A DNA stretch of 63,512 nt, counting the filler, from Octopus bimaculoides (lineage: Eukaryota), in NCBI RefSeq assembly GCF_001194135.2. It is 5 parts of 4 records of this genome, joined end to end, with 100 filler letters (N's around TTAATTAATTAA, not from the genome) between each part and the next. Parts side by side here need not be neighbours in the genome. Positions count along the whole stretch, not along the records: positions 53,001 to 63,512 come from NC_068998.1; 4 more parts are not named here. The stretch is one strand, 5' to 3'. The notes under the pieces were generated by a model that did no database searches, was not told the DNA's origin, and saw only the letters and a list, made by a program, of their open reading frames with translations. Position 1 is the first letter of the stretch, and each line of letters opens with the position of its first letter. The position numbers and the translations under genes are program-made. Shown here one piece after another: positions 63,479 to 63,512 of the stretch.

Positions 63479-63512
<34 letters not shown>
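59350..63512. repeat. Low-complexity terminal region: (CATA)n, (TA)n, (CA)n, (ATT)n with gaps
   Basis: Seen directly in the sequence. Confidence 0.9.

Overview
AT-rich, gap-riddled eukaryotic intergenic or intronic DNA. It is probably an octopod cephalopod genome; this is an inference from the SINE repertoire, the microsatellite load and the N44-TTAATTAATTAA-N44 gap linkers. I recognise no intact protein-coding gene: almost all long ORFs in the track are artefacts of N runs or microsatellites. The one clear gene is an apparently intact tRNA-Ile(AAU) at 52123-52196. The rest is mostly transposon-derived. There are about 35 full or partial tRNA-headed SINE copies in four groups (my labels A-D), including nested, tandem and inverted arrangements. 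There are two decayed mariner/maT-like transposase copies, several MITEs (Tc1, mariner-derived, Tigger-like, hAT-like), and several foldback or Helitron-like elements, one with a telomere-repeat hairpin. There are also LINE remnants: R4/Dong-like sitting inside an (AAT)n tract, Penelope GIY-YIG, RTE and CR1. A few splice-bounded open segments could be exons of a long-intron gene but are unverified. I found no convincing novel biological system; the best leads concern transposon architecture and the candidate exons.
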